DNA from: a virus
Lineage: Duplodnaviria > Heunggongvirae > Uroviricota > Caudoviricetes
Reading direction: 5' to 3' (one strand)
Virus record (IMG/VR): IMGVR_UViG_2703718869_000013
Span: 1-64,000 of that record
Length of the DNA stretch: 64,000 bases
Below, piece after piece: positions 1 to 9,514 of this stretch. The translations under genes were made by a program, and so were the position numbers. The notes below the pieces were generated by a model that worked only from the letters and a program-made list of their open reading frames with translations, did not search any database and had not been told where the DNA came from. How positions within the stretch are numbered: position 1 is the stretch's first letter; each line of letters opens with the position of its first letter.

Positions 1-153
1 GCTTATTCGCCACCCGTCTTTACGGGCCTCTTTTGCACAACCAGACCATGACGTACCGATATACTCACCGAAGTCTGGCACTGGATATACACCTTCCGTA
101 CACTGGCGGCAGTCACAATAGAGATGCATGGTGTAACTTGCGGCAATAGCCAT
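1..153 (-). CDS. hypothetical Cys-rich protein, N-terminal part (ORF runs off the window start)
   Basis: ATG at 153..151 preceded by AGGAG; open to position 1; stop of upstream ORF overlaps as TGATATG. Confidence 0.3.
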   Translation of the reverse strand, partial: MAIAASYTMHLYCDCRQCTEGVYPVPDFGEYIGTSWSGCAKEARKDGWRIS

Positions 154-154
154 A

Positions 155-343
155 TCACTCTCCTTTAGTGCGCAAATGGTTTTTCCAGCGGTTTTGCGCC
201 GCGCTGGGCTTTTTGCAAAAAACACAATCCATCATCCCGTAATATTTCATCAACCCCATCCGTCGGTTGCTGAGTCTCACCCACTGCCAGACGCCAGGAG
301 CGTTTCTACGAACTAACAGAATCTTTGCTTTACGGTTTTTCAT
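155..343 (-). CDS. hypothetical small basic protein (62 aa)
   Basis: ORF track; tight coupling to neighbouring minus-strand genes. Confidence 0.3.
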   Translation of the reverse strand: MKNRKAKILLVRRNAPGVWQWVRLSNRRMGLMKYYGMMDCVFCKKPSAAQNRWKNHLRTKGE

Positions 344-515
344 CGCTTTGCTCTCCTGCGTCTCTTTGCTGCTCGTCGTGCCGCTGCAATACCGGTATGG
401 CGGCGCTTTGGTGCCGGGATGATGTTGTCAGCCATCAGGACATACGGCTTTGCAATTAGCGCAGAAGCCCAAAAACGAGTCGGGTACGGTAACAAGCCGA
501 TACATGCCACACGCA

Positions 516-926
516 TTACTCACCTCCTTTGATGCGAATGCCTGCGGCGCGGATTGCATCGATGACTTCAGAAACTTTGTATGCCATTACCGTTTGGTAA
601 TCATCGTGAAAATCTGTTCGATGAAGCATGCTGCTACGTTCCGGGAGCAGTATTTCCCGCGCTTCCAGTTCTGCAATGCGCTTTTTTGCTGCTTCCAGTT
701 CATCCAGTAATTCCAGCACGGTAGCCGGATTAGCCTTGGCAACAAAATCCCGGACTGGCTTACAATCAATCTCCGCAATGGGTTGATACGATGTGTAGCC
801 ATGCTGTCTTGTATAACTACCGTGACGAATAACGAAAAAATCACCATTTATTTTTTTAGCCTGCCACTTATCTTCACCGGCTTTCTCTGCCGCCTCGCGC
901 AGTGCCTGATAGTCAATCTTGCTCAC
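516..926 (-). CDS. Ead/Ea22-like phage protein
   Basis: N-terminus MSKIDYQALREAAEKA typical of the Ead/Ea22-like family; paralogous to next gene. Confidence 0.55.
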   Translation of the reverse strand: MSKIDYQALREAAEKAGEDKWQAKKINGDFFVIRHGSYTRQHGYTSYQPIAEIDCKPVRDFVAKANPATVLELLDELEAAKKRIAELEAREILLPERSSMLHRTDFHDDYQTVMAYKVSEVIDAIRAAGIRIKGGE

Positions 927-1699
927 TGGTTGCCTCCTTTGCGAAGCTGGGAAGCAAAGTCAACTAACCACTCTGTCATTTCAACCTTCCCTACCAGGTC
1001 TGAACCAGGGTGCATACAGCAATCACTCTGCGCCGCTTTGAAATCCTTATACTCATATTCTTGGGCCACCAGATTTTTTGCAGTTTCTATAGCAGCATCC
1101 ACCCCCTGCGCCCGCACTTCAGCCAGGCATTTGCGAAACTCGGAAACGTACTGTTCGACGCTCATTCCCCAGCTAAGTGGACATTCATTGAATGTTTCGC
1201 CTTCGTGCTCTTCATCAGGTAGCTCTTTGGTAAAGAACTCACGCTCAATGGCGTGGAGTGTGTCAGCAAAACGACGTAAGTTACTCAAACCTACCGTAAT
1301 GGAGAATTCAGGAGCATCACATCCGACGCCCATCTGCTGATAAACGGCGGTTTTGAAGGTCTTAAGCCCCGCATTCTCCGCCGCCAGCGCCGCGAGATTA
1401 GTCTCAAGCTCTGCAATTCGACACATAGCATCAATATTTGTGTCCTCCAGGCACTTAATTTCACCAAGCAGCTCCAGTGCAACCTTTGGGTTGAACGCGG
1501 CAACATGACGAGCGTTGTTCTCTGCATTTTTCTGTCCATCAAAGCCGGTCCATTTGATAACGTCTTCACATCGTTCATCACCGGGCGTGTGCACCGCATA
1601 AGTACCAGTATCCGTCGAAATAAATGCGACCCATTCGTCTGGTGTTGCCTTTTCTGCCGCCTCACGCAGTACCTGATAGTCAATTGTCATTCTCGCCAT
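923..1699 (-). CDS. Ead/Ea22-like phage protein (longer paralog)
   Basis: N-terminus MARMTIDYQVLREAAEKA shared with 516..926; 4-nt overlap coupling. Confidence 0.55.
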   Translation of the reverse strand: MARMTIDYQVLREAAEKATPDEWVAFISTDTGTYAVHTPGDERCEDVIKWTGFDGQKNAENNARHVAAFNPKVALELLGEIKCLEDTNIDAMCRIAELETNLAALAAENAGLKTFKTAVYQQMGVGCDAPEFSITVGLSNLRRFADTLHAIEREFFTKELPDEEHEGETFNECPLSWGMSVEQYVSEFRKCLAEVRAQGVDAAIETAKNLVAQEYEYKDFKAAQSDCCMHPGSDLVGKVEMTEWLVDFASQLRKGGNQ

Positions 1700-2331
1700 C
1701 CTTCACAGTTGTAATCACTACAGCCTTCAAAATCATATGGGCTGTACTGCCAGGTTATTTTTCCGCAATGCGGACAATTCCAACGCACCTTCCCGCTTCG
1801 CGACTTCTTTCTTCTGTTCTGCTCTTTCAACCAGTCAGGCATGACCAAACCTGCGCCCTGAACCATTGTTCTGCGGTTAAAGTTATTGATATTGAACGTC
1901 CGGCGCTTTGCTGCATCAGCAATGGAAAATGGCAACCAAACTATTCCTGGTTCGTTTTTGTTGGCGACGCTAAAGATGGTCGCTTTACTGAAGTCATCTG
2001 TTGGCAATCCACCGTGTTGAAGCCAGTAAACATCGTTGCCGTTCCAGCTACCTTTTTTGTAGGCCACATACTCAGTGCAATCTGACTCAATCAGGCTTTC
2101 TGTAGGGATGTACTGGCAATCAACGTGCCACACAGCCATTGCATCCACACTATCGGCACAAACAGGCTGATCGATATCTCGCCCACAATTCCAGGCTTTT
2201 TGGGCTTCTTCCAGCGTGTAAACATGAGCGCGATCGATATCAGAACTGTAACCATTGCCGTTATGGCAATGGAATGAGGCGTTATTACCCACAGTTTCAC
2301 GCAAGCACATCATGTAAAAACGGTTACTCAC
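1687..2331 (-). CDS. hypothetical phage protein, Cys-rich C-terminus
   Basis: 214-aa ORF in operon context; CPHCG and CxxC motifs suggest a zinc ribbon. Confidence 0.45.
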   Translation of the reverse strand: MSNRFYMMCLRETVGNNASFHCHNGNGYSSDIDRAHVYTLEEAQKAWNCGRDIDQPVCADSVDAMAVWHVDCQYIPTESLIESDCTEYVAYKKGSWNGNDVYWLQHGGLPTDDFSKATIFSVANKNEPGIVWLPFSIADAAKRRTFNINNFNRRTMVQGAGLVMPDWLKEQNRRKKSRSGKVRWNCPHCGKITWQYSPYDFEGCSDYNCEGWRE

Positions 2332-2539
2332 TGGATGCCTCCCAGCAAATTTGTCTTATATAAGAACTGTTAACGCGCTTTACTTTCCCGTCGAACTCCA
2401 GTTTCTTTAGACGACGCAAAACGTATGCCGTTTTGAGTGTGCGATATTTATCCCTAAGCCAGTTGGTCACGACGTAAGTCATACAGCGCCCGTGTTCTTC
2501 CAACACCCGAACTATTTCTTCGTCGGTTGGCTTGCTCAT
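2324..2539 (-). CDS. hypothetical protein (71 aa)
   Basis: ORF track; overlapping start/stop with neighbours. Confidence 0.4.
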   Translation of the reverse strand: MSKPTDEEIVRVLEEHGRCMTYVVTNWLRDKYRTLKTAYVLRRLKKLEFDGKVKRVNSSYIRQICWEASSE

Positions 2540-2757
2540 TTTGTCGCTCCTTCAGCTTTCTCTACTTTCGCTGCCATGATTTCCAGCTTTTGTGCTGCCG
2601 ATGCCGCTAACCTGTGAAATTCTTCATCTGTTTCAACTGGAATTGGTACAAACCTGACACCAATTTGAGCAAGGCTATGCGCCATTTCGAGACTTGTTCT
2701 TAACTCTGCTGGGGATGCTTTATTCAGGCCGACTTCCTCACAAATAACTGATTGCAT
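2536..2757 (-). CDS. hypothetical protein (73 aa)
   Basis: ORF track; translational coupling. Confidence 0.4.
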   Translation of the reverse strand: MQSVICEEVGLNKASPAELRTSLEMAHSLAQIGVRFVPIPVETDEEFHRLAASAAQKLEIMAAKVEKAEGATK

Positions 2758-2766
2758 ACGCTCGCC

Positions 2767-3482
2767 CTACTGAATACGCTCAAACTCGATTACCCAAACC
2801 CAGGGATTAGCACTCCAGCTTTCTTCGCCGTAGATGGATTCCCACAGGCGCTGGAACGCAACCTTGGCCATTGCGAAATCCCCCTTGGGAGTAAGGAATG
2901 TTCCCGGGTGATCAGGAAGCAAACTTCCAGCAGGCGGAACGCCCTCATCCCTTGCATCGCATTCGCTGATATCGTTCAACCGCTCAACGCGCACGTTGGT
3001 AATTTCCAACAGGATGCGCGCGGCATGTGAATTGATGGACGCCACCCACCATCAAACTTTTCATTCACAGTGTGAGGTTTCCAGTCGGCATCATCGGGTA
3101 TCGACCATAAGCCGTAATCACCAGGTTTTTGCTCGCAACTGGCCCGATAAATCCTTGCTGCGTTCTTCTCATCGCCACGACAAAGGTTGTCGTTCCAGTC
3201 CACACTGCAACCATCCTCATTGCCTAATATCGCCCATGTTTCACGAACCCAAATTCGATCGCCGACGATACCAAAGGGGCAATTGAAAACACTGCTTACA
3301 CCATCAGCCCCGTACCACTGAAAACCTGCACCAATTTTTCTAACCATCACTGGTGCTTCTGGACCAACTTCCGCAGGCTGATTTTTCATTATCCGCCGCG
3401 TCTGCGTTTTCCTTCCTTCGAGGATGGCCCGGACCATCTCATCGTTGAAAATCATGCCGCGCTCTTTCACTTCGCCTTTCAT
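2767..3482 (-). pseudogene. ASCH-domain protein gene interrupted by a frameshift (two ORFs, 2976..3482 and 2767..3045)
   Basis: N-terminal ILEGRKTQTRR and GDRIWVRETW in one frame; C-terminal ASCH-like end (WESIYGEESW...WVWVIEFERI) in the other; total length not a multiple of 3. Confidence 0.45.
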
Positions 3483-3491
3483 GCATCCCCC

Positions 3492-3578
3492 TTACCCATG
3501 TGCGACGATGCCGCCAAAAGTGATAGAGAACAGCCAGAAATAGATCGCGGCCATAATGATTTTGAATGCCGTGTTCAT
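3492..3578 (-). CDS. small hydrophobic peptide (28 aa, MNTAFKIIMAAIYFWLFSITFGGIVAHG)
   Basis: ATG with AGGAG 8 nt upstream; single predicted TM helix; absent from ORF track because under 60 aa. Confidence 0.35.
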   Translation of the reverse strand: MNTAFKIIMAAIYFWLFSITFGGIVAHG

Positions 3579-3607
3579 ATTTTCAGCTCCTGTGATTGAT
3601 TGGATAC

Positions 3608-3638
3608 ATGCCGCGTCTTGCGGCATGTTTTTATTTTC
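3608..3638 (+). terminator. GC-rich hairpin followed by T-run (plus-strand orientation)
   Basis: catgccgc-gtctt-gcggcatg then tttttatttt. Confidence 0.35.
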
Positions 3639-3660
3639 ACTTTCTCTGTTTTAAAAATCA

Positions 3661-3677
3661 AGATTTATTAGAGCAAT
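3661..3677 (-). promoter_or_regulatory. C1-type operator, 16/17 match to ATTGCTCTAATAAATTT
   Basis: agatttattagagcaat is the reverse complement of attgctctaataaatct. Confidence 0.55.
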
Positions 3678-4183
3678 TATTGCTGATGGAGAAGCGCATT
3701 TTCATACTCCCTGACCATTAACGTAAGTACGCCGTGTCTCCTGAAAACACGCGCCACTTCAATCTTATCTTCCAGCGCGAACGCAATTTTACTTAGACCA
3801 ATTTTCTTAAGGAGATCAATCTTTGCTGGGCCGTCATTTCTGTCATCGGTGGCAGGACGCATAGATAGCAAAGGCTCAGCCCCGTTTGTTACGTGCTTAC
3901 GCAACCAGGCTCGTGTTTTATCCCTTGCGATCTCACAGCGCCCGGTTACAAACCAGACCGTGTAAACGTTAAATAACTGGCGCACCATATCAATAACTGG
4001 AGTGATGGGAGTATCGGTGTCACAGGCGAGATTAAACTCGTTCCAGTCCTTTGTTAATGCACCTTTACCTGGTGGTGGAAGCAAATGCAGCCTGTCTTCC
4101 GTTGCCTCTGATATCGTCCCATCAATATCTACTATGACGATGTACGGACGTTCCTGGCGTGCGTGTTTATTGAAAATACTCAA
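3677..4183 (-). CDS. HAD-superfamily hydrolase-like protein (putative phosphatase/nucleotidase)
   Basis: motif I VIVDIDGTI (DxDGT) near N-terminus. Confidence 0.45.
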   Translation of the reverse strand: MSIFNKHARQERPYIVIVDIDGTISEATEDRLHLLPPPGKGALTKDWNEFNLACDTDTPITPVIDMVRQLFNVYTVWFVTGRCEIARDKTRAWLRKHVTNGAEPLLSMRPATDDRNDGPAKIDLLKKIGLSKIAFALEDKIEVARVFRRHGVLTLMVREYENALLHQQ

Positions 4184-4255
4184 ATGCCCTCCTCATTGGA
4201 CGAAAAAAATGCTGGTGGGCGCACTCCACCAGCATTAAAAGTGACACTGTAACTA

Positions 4256-5518
4256 TCAGCGAACGTAAATAGTGCCGCCGTTCTCTTTTTCCCATGCATC
4301 GCTACGTGCATAGCAAACATCAAGAAGTCTTCTTGCCGCTGTTTTCTCTAAACCCAATTCGACAACCAACTGCTCATGACGGCGGGTAACCACATCAAAC
4401 AGGGTATGCAACCCTTTAGTTGCCAGATCATCAATGAATTCCGGTTCGAACGGCAGCTCTGCATCTGCCAACATAACCTCTTGCGCCCACTCAACTCGAC
4501 GGACCAATTCCGGGCGGCGGCTTTCCATTTCTTTACAGATCAATTCATGGAAGAACTCTACCCAACCTTCCGGCTGGAACTCGCGGAAAATTGCCAACGG
4601 CTGGAAGTTTGGCATCAACCATTCGTTGATTCGGATATCAATGGCATAGCCCATGTCGCAGCAGAACTGATAAGCAAAGTCCAGCTTAGAAACGATATAA
4701 GGACGCTCGTTATTGAACTCTTTAGGCGATGAGATCCCATAAGCCAGGAGGCGCGGGAAGAAGGAGATTTGCCCTAACGTCGGATGAAGTTTGCTTGCAG
4801 GGAAACGGCGCTCAGTAATGCCATACATTTCCTTCTTGAGCGTCGCAAATTTGGCATTCTCATTAACCAGCGCGGTAACCTCTGCTTTTTTATTAGCAAA
4901 TGCCACGCGCGCCTCGCTTGCATCTTTAATAGTTTTTTTGAGCTGTTGGTTAAGGTCGGCGACCTGCTTACGCAGTTCCTGTCGCTCGCTTTTAGCTTTG
5001 TTATAGCGTTTCTCAAGGTTAAAAGGATCAAGTTTCATGATCTCTTTATATTGAGATTTTAGCGTTGAAATCTGTGAGTTCCGCAGTTCAACCATCGCGG
5101 TCATTTCATTGAGTTTTGTTTCCAGCTCAATGCTTATACGTTCGGCATTATCAGCACGCTGGTTGGCGTCATGCGTCGCATCGTCGATCGCGTCCTGTTG
5201 CTGGCGTTTCAAATGTTCAATTTGCAGCTGAAGCTCTTCAATTTCTTTACCCTTCAGACCGAGATCCAACTGCATATTTTCAGCTGCATCTACCAGGGAG
5301 TTATGGCTATCAGCTTCTGCGTTATAAACATCAATAAGCTGTGCGTGAAGCATCTCCGCTGACTGAACCGCATTATCAAAAAAACGTGCTGTGAGGTCAT
5401 CACAACTAACGCGGCGTTGCGCGGCCCGGATGTTCTGGATAATGGCCGGAATACCGGCATTCAGGACATCAGGAATAGATACATTTTCGATTGATTGGTT
5501 TTGTGCTGAAGTGCTCAT
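4256..5518 (-). CDS. hypothetical protein with long central coiled coil (420 aa)
   Basis: heptad-rich Q/E/K/L segment between residues ~90 and 230; good coding length. Confidence 0.45.
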   Translation of the reverse strand: MSTSAQNQSIENVSIPDVLNAGIPAIIQNIRAAQRRVSCDDLTARFFDNAVQSAEMLHAQLIDVYNAEADSHNSLVDAAENMQLDLGLKGKEIEELQLQIEHLKRQQQDAIDDATHDANQRADNAERISIELETKLNEMTAMVELRNSQISTLKSQYKEIMKLDPFNLEKRYNKAKSERQELRKQVADLNQQLKKTIKDASEARVAFANKKAEVTALVNENAKFATLKKEMYGITERRFPASKLHPTLGQISFFPRLLAYGISSPKEFNNERPYIVSKLDFAYQFCCDMGYAIDIRINEWLMPNFQPLAIFREFQPEGWVEFFHELICKEMESRRPELVRRVEWAQEVMLADAELPFEPEFIDDLATKGLHTLFDVVTRRHEQLVVELGLEKTAARRLLDVCYARSDAWEKENGGTIYVR

Positions 5519-5519
5519 T

Positions 5520-5738
5520 TCAAAGTTCCGTATTAGCTTGTGCTTCGGTCATTTTTCCTAAGTATGAAGGAGGAAGGACTACGCAATTTGTATCCAGTCC
5601 CTCACCTATGGCAGCCTGTAAAATTCTGGCTAAGGTGAGTCTCTTGTTGCGATACCTGGTGATGACATGCCTGATACCGCCGGTCGGCGTAACAAAGGCG
5701 ATCAGCCAGTAGTGATATTTCCGTCGGAATGGCCACAT
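5520..5738 (-). CDS. hypothetical protein (72 aa)
   Basis: first ORF downstream of operator pair; coupled to 4256..5518. Confidence 0.3.
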   Translation of the reverse strand: MWPFRRKYHYWLIAFVTPTGGIRHVITRYRNKRLTLARILQAAIGEGLDTNCVVLPPSYLGKMTEAQANTEL

Positions 5739-5752
5739 AGTGCACCTTATAG

Positions 5753-5769
5753 ATTGCTCTAATAAAAAA
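5753..5769 (+). promoter_or_regulatory. C1-type operator (14/17)
   Basis: attgctctaataaaaaa. Confidence 0.4.
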
Positions 5770-5790
5770 CGTGATGAGTGTACATCACGT
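5759..5790 (-). terminator. intrinsic terminator for the gene ending at 5820
   Basis: acgtgatg-agtgta-catcacgt stem-loop followed on the minus strand by a U-run. Confidence 0.45.
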
Positions 5791-5801
5791 TTTAAAAATA
5801 T

Positions 5802-5818
5802 GGAATTATTAGAGCAAT
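5802..5818 (-). promoter_or_regulatory. C1-type operator (14/17), inverted partner of 5753..5769
   Basis: ggaattattagagcaat. Confidence 0.4.
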
Positions 5819-5819
5819 A

Positions 5820-6521
5820 TTATTCTGATTCTCGCTCAAAAAACGAGCTAATGAGGGGAAGCCAATCCTCTGACACTTCGCGAGGCCGCGGTTTGCCGTG
5901 GAAAAAGATTATTCGGCAGTCCTTTGGTAATGTCCCATTCCCCCTGGAGTAACGCGCGCTCGCATATTTTGAACCAGGTTCCACAACATCGGCCTTGTAA
6001 CTTACAAACCATCCTGGATACAGATCCTGAAATGCTGGTGTATCATCGCCCATAACCTTCCGTAAGAACCCCTGATCACCCCAGCACTCAGTAGTGACAC
6101 AACGAGAAATCCAACCTTCCGGATCTTGCCAGAATGAACTCCAGATATGTGCTTTTACACTATTTGGTATCCACAGGGCACCGCTACCACGATATTGTGG
6201 ATGGTAAAAATCCCTAAGCATGGTGAAGCTGGTTGGTGGATTCTCAAGGATTGGGCGTATATCACCGGCAATAACTGTGTCCAAATCCAGATAGAACAGA
6301 TCATCGGTTATATCCGGTCGGAACAACTCGATTTTCGCCCACCAGCCACGGCACTTTTGCCACTGGTTGATCAATGGGACAACTTTGACGCCAGGTACAT
6401 GTAAACGCTTCAGGTCTGTCAGGCAAATAATTTCATAGCCTTTTGGCAGTTGATTAACCAGCCACTGCACATCGGAAGCGTTATAGTCACCACCAGAGCG
6501 AAAAACTAAAGCAATCTTCAT
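5820..6521 (-). CDS. putative glycosyltransferase (GT-A-like, DxD motif)
   Basis: YLDLDTVI DxD-type motif; 233 aa. Confidence 0.4.
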   Translation of the reverse strand: MKIALVFRSGGDYNASDVQWLVNQLPKGYEIICLTDLKRLHVPGVKVVPLINQWQKCRGWWAKIELFRPDITDDLFYLDLDTVIAGDIRPILENPPTSFTMLRDFYHPQYRGSGALWIPNSVKAHIWSSFWQDPEGWISRCVTTECWGDQGFLRKVMGDDTPAFQDLYPGWFVSYKADVVEPGSKYASARYSRGNGTLPKDCRIIFFHGKPRPREVSEDWLPLISSFFERESE

Positions 6522-7210
6522 GCTGCACCATCACCTTTCACTTTCATCAATGTCAGGTTTCCGCAAAATACGGCACCAGTGTCGATATACTGCTGATTCC
6601 AGAATGTCTTCGGGCTTTTCACCGGAGTGTGACCAAAGATAAAACGATCTGCGCCCGAAATTTCGCCACCAATATCATCCATCGAATCACTGATACGCTC
6701 GCGCGCCCAGACAACGTTGAAAAGCGGCACCTCCTTACCGAATTGGTATTCATTATCCGGATAGTCGGCATGGGCTATAACGATAGTTTCTTGCCCGGTG
6801 TTCAACTCAATGATATAGGGCAGACGCTTTACCAGCTCCACCAGCGCCCAGGCTAATATTTCCTGATCAGTGTCCAGCATGAAGAACCATTGTCCGCCAT
6901 TCATTAGCCAGTTATTCACGTTGCCATCTGGACTTAACGCATCAATCATCAGCCGCTCATGGTTCCCCATCACTGCCCTGAACCAGGGCATCTGCAATAG
7001 TTCCAGACATTCGACATTTTCAGTACCGCGATCGATAAGGTCGCCGACCGATATCAGTAAATCCTGCGCCTGGTCAAAATCCACACGATGGAGTTCGGAC
7101 ATCAGTCTGGTGTAGCAACCATGCAGATCACCAACAACCCAGACATTCCTGTATTTGGTACCGTCGATACGGTGATAAATTGTTGGTGCCATCATGTATT
7201 CTTCAGCCAT
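6518..7210 (-). CDS. ppp: serine/threonine protein phosphatase (calcineurin-like metallophosphoesterase)
   Basis: GDLHGC, GDLIDRG and GNHE motifs. Confidence 0.8.
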   Translation of the reverse strand: MAEEYMMAPTIYHRIDGTKYRNVWVVGDLHGCYTRLMSELHRVDFDQAQDLLISVGDLIDRGTENVECLELLQMPWFRAVMGNHERLMIDALSPDGNVNNWLMNGGQWFFMLDTDQEILAWALVELVKRLPYIIELNTGQETIVIAHADYPDNEYQFGKEVPLFNVVWARERISDSMDDIGGEISGADRFIFGHTPVKSPKTFWNQQYIDTGAVFCGNLTLMKVKGDGAA

Positions 7211-7818
7211 TCTTTAAGAGTCATCTGCGGAATACTTCCCATTTTCCCGCATGAAACAACGTCAATCTGTTCACGCGCAGACTGGAATAACAAAGGTAGG
7301 TGACTTAGATTTTTTGGCGTGCCGCCGGAGTGAACTCGTGGTTCTTGCGTAGCGTCAACGCCCACCAGGGCTACATGTTTGAATCCGATATGGAAAGCCA
7401 GGTTCAGAGCACCATATGCACTATTGCCGCTGGCAATTTCATTCTCATCTTCGCAAAGGCCGAAATGTCCGGACCAGCGCCACGCCCACCACTCGGGAGA
7501 ATTCGTATTTTTTGGCTCCATGCCACGTTCAGCCACACGACGGAAGCACAGAACGCCGTCTCTGACTTCACGTTCTTTAACATCGGGTAGTGCCATGCAA
7601 TAACAAACCCCACGGCGACGGCGGCCACGACCAACGCGCCGCATATTGTCTGGGGATGGATCAAGGGTGAAAAAATAAGAAGCGCGGTTAAGCCAGTCGA
7701 TGGCCCCATTGACCGCTATAATCGGCACTCCGCGCGGCGCAACAAAGTTTGCGGCGCTTGGGCCACTGCCGACGATAATAACGCGATCACTGCCTCTAAA
7801 TTTATTCTTGGGAAACAT
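7192..7818 (-). CDS. GT42/MptE-like (DUF115-like) Rossmann protein, paralog B
   Basis: IIVGSGPS...IIAVNGA motifs resembling the sialyltransferase CstII / Maf N-terminus. Confidence 0.4.
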   Translation of the reverse strand: MFPKNKFRGSDRVIIVGSGPSAANFVAPRGVPIIAVNGAIDWLNRASYFFTLDPSPDNMRRVGRGRRRRGVCYCMALPDVKEREVRDGVLCFRRVAERGMEPKNTNSPEWWAWRWSGHFGLCEDENEIASGNSAYGALNLAFHIGFKHVALVGVDATQEPRVHSGGTPKNLSHLPLLFQSAREQIDVVSCGKMGSIPQMTLKEWLKNT

Positions 7819-8378
7819 TGAATTGCACTGCTCCTACTTGCATTCAAAATATGTAAATCTGCGTGTTTTTTGCGGGTATCCAGGAACTGCTGTTGCCATT
7901 TTGAAATAGACACCTGCGTTGGATTCCGTAGTGCTTGAGGGTGCGCGCCATGCCAATGAAGGCCGTTTTGCAGAGAACAGTCATAGCCGACTAATACCAC
8001 TACTTCAGCCCCTGATTCAGCAGCCAGACTGATAGCCTGCGCGCCGCTATTTACCCCTTCCGCCGGTCCACAATATCGCCTGTACTCCAACGAAAATGAT
8101 TTCGCCGCCGCCAGGTTGGCTGTCACTTTGCGGAATCTCCCTCCCGGTATGGTGGATCCGTATTGCTTCCACCATGACAAATCACCGGCGTATAAGGCAT
8201 AAATGTCATCGAACATCTGCCAGGAATTGTTAACCGCGATGATTGAACAGCCAGTTTTTTCTATAGCAGCACAGTCCTCACGAGTGAGTGACGGACCGCT
8301 ACCGACACAAAAAACAGTCCTAGTCGCCCTGGGTGGTATGTTCATTCTCAGCTGCAAATTCAGCCTCCAGGCGAGCAT
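7716..8378 (-). CDS. GT42/MptE-like (DUF115-like) Rossmann protein, paralog A
   Basis: VFCVGSGPSL...IIAVNNS motifs; paralog of 7192..7818, 103-nt overlap. Confidence 0.4.
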   Translation of the reverse strand: MLAWRLNLQLRMNIPPRATRTVFCVGSGPSLTREDCAAIEKTGCSIIAVNNSWQMFDDIYALYAGDLSWWKQYGSTIPGGRFRKVTANLAAAKSFSLEYRRYCGPAEGVNSGAQAISLAAESGAEVVVLVGYDCSLQNGLHWHGAHPQALRNPTQVSISKWQQQFLDTRKKHADLHILNASRSSAIQCFPRINLEAVIALLSSAVAQAPQTLLRRAECRL

Positions 8379-8541
8379 TCATTTCAGCGATTACAGGGTC
8401 CACTACAGCATCTGTTTCCTGTTCATTACGCGGCATGACCGATGCCAGCGACTCATAATTAACCTTGGATGACACGATTATTCTCCCGATGTTAAAGTGC
8501 ACTACCACAAAGAGTGTAAATGCACTAATTAATTTATTATT

Positions 8542-9120
8542 TTAAGCAGCATGCAACCACTTATCGCCGTTCAATACATGCTCAATAGCCTCACCCTTTT
8601 TAAGACTTATGTATTCCAGGATGGCGGTAATCGCTTGTTCTGCACCATACGCAAGAACAACGTAGTAGCCTTCCTCTCTAAGCCTGCGCATCCAGGCGAT
8701 CTGCTCTTTCGTCGGGGCTTTACCATTTGGTTCTTTAAGCTCAATTCGCATGCCGTGATAAATACCGCATGCTTTATCGAGACTCATGTCCGGATAACCT
8801 TTTTTCTGCCCTTCAGCCTTCATTTTCCCGGCGGTTGCTTTTGAACGCTTCCCTCCGTTAGGCGTTGCATGCAACAGCTCATAGATGTCAGGGTGCTTGC
8901 GTTCGAAGTAATCAAAAATGAAAACCTGCTCGAAGTGCTCGCAATTTCCGTCGCGCAGGCCTGGGTTCTTTGCCAGTGCTGCAAGTGCCTTCGCATGTGG
9001 AGAAACTTCTTTTACCGGCGCAAGCGATAAGAATGGATCCTTTTTGGTTTTTGGCCTGGACCGCCCCTTATTTCGACGCTCACTAAAAGCCTGAAACTCT
9101 TCCTCAGTAAAGCGCAACAT
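8542..9120 (-). CDS. VRR-NUC domain nuclease-like protein
   Basis: C-terminal region with ATPNGG...AGKMKAEGQKKGYPDM pattern typical of VRR-NUC. Confidence 0.6.
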   Translation of the reverse strand: MLRFTEEEFQAFSERRNKGRSRPKTKKDPFLSLAPVKEVSPHAKALAALAKNPGLRDGNCEHFEQVFIFDYFERKHPDIYELLHATPNGGKRSKATAGKMKAEGQKKGYPDMSLDKACGIYHGMRIELKEPNGKAPTKEQIAWMRRLREEGYYVVLAYGAEQAITAILEYISLKKGEAIEHVLNGDKWLHAA

Positions 9121-9122
9121 AA

Positions 9123-9368
9123 TCAGTCAAATCCTGCCGGTCGCATGCCATATTTACGCTGTTTTGCGGCCTGCTCTTCCCTGTGCCATTGCGCACATTC
9201 AGCGTCACAATAAATGCCTGATTCAATCGATTCATTGCAGTAACGACACTTCCCTGTAAATACCTGGCTCACGACCTGTGCCTGCTTTCTGATGTTATCG
9301 ATGGCCATGTCTTTGAGAGCTTCTAACTGATTCATGCTCAGCTCTGCATCATCAACACGTTCTGCCAA
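9123..9368 (-). CDS. TraR/DksA-family C4 zinc-finger protein
   Basis: CRYC...(10 aa)...CDAEC zinc ribbon in an 81-aa protein. Confidence 0.55.
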   Translation of the reverse strand: MAERVDDAELSMNQLEALKDMAIDNIRKQAQVVSQVFTGKCRYCNESIESGIYCDAECAQWHREEQAAKQRKYGMRPAGFD

Positions 9369-9424
9369 TTTTGTTTTCTCGTGAAGAACCTACTTAAGGG
9401 CAGAATGATACATTTCACAATCAA

Positions 9425-9441
9425 AATTGCACTAATAATTT
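9425..9441 (+). promoter_or_regulatory. C1-type operator (15/17) in divergent intergenic region
   Basis: attgcactaataatttt. Confidence 0.45.
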
Positions 9442-9514
9442 TCTTTTATTGAGTTAAATATTCAACAAATGACTAGCGGTAGAATCACCATCATCTATTT
9501 CTGGCAGGCTGACT

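Noticed and set aside
8519-8535. Weak C1 operator-like site (14/17)
   Set aside because: Two mismatches fall in the conserved core (TGCACT for TGCTCT and an A to T change), so it is not listed as a feature; mentioned only as a possible degenerate site.
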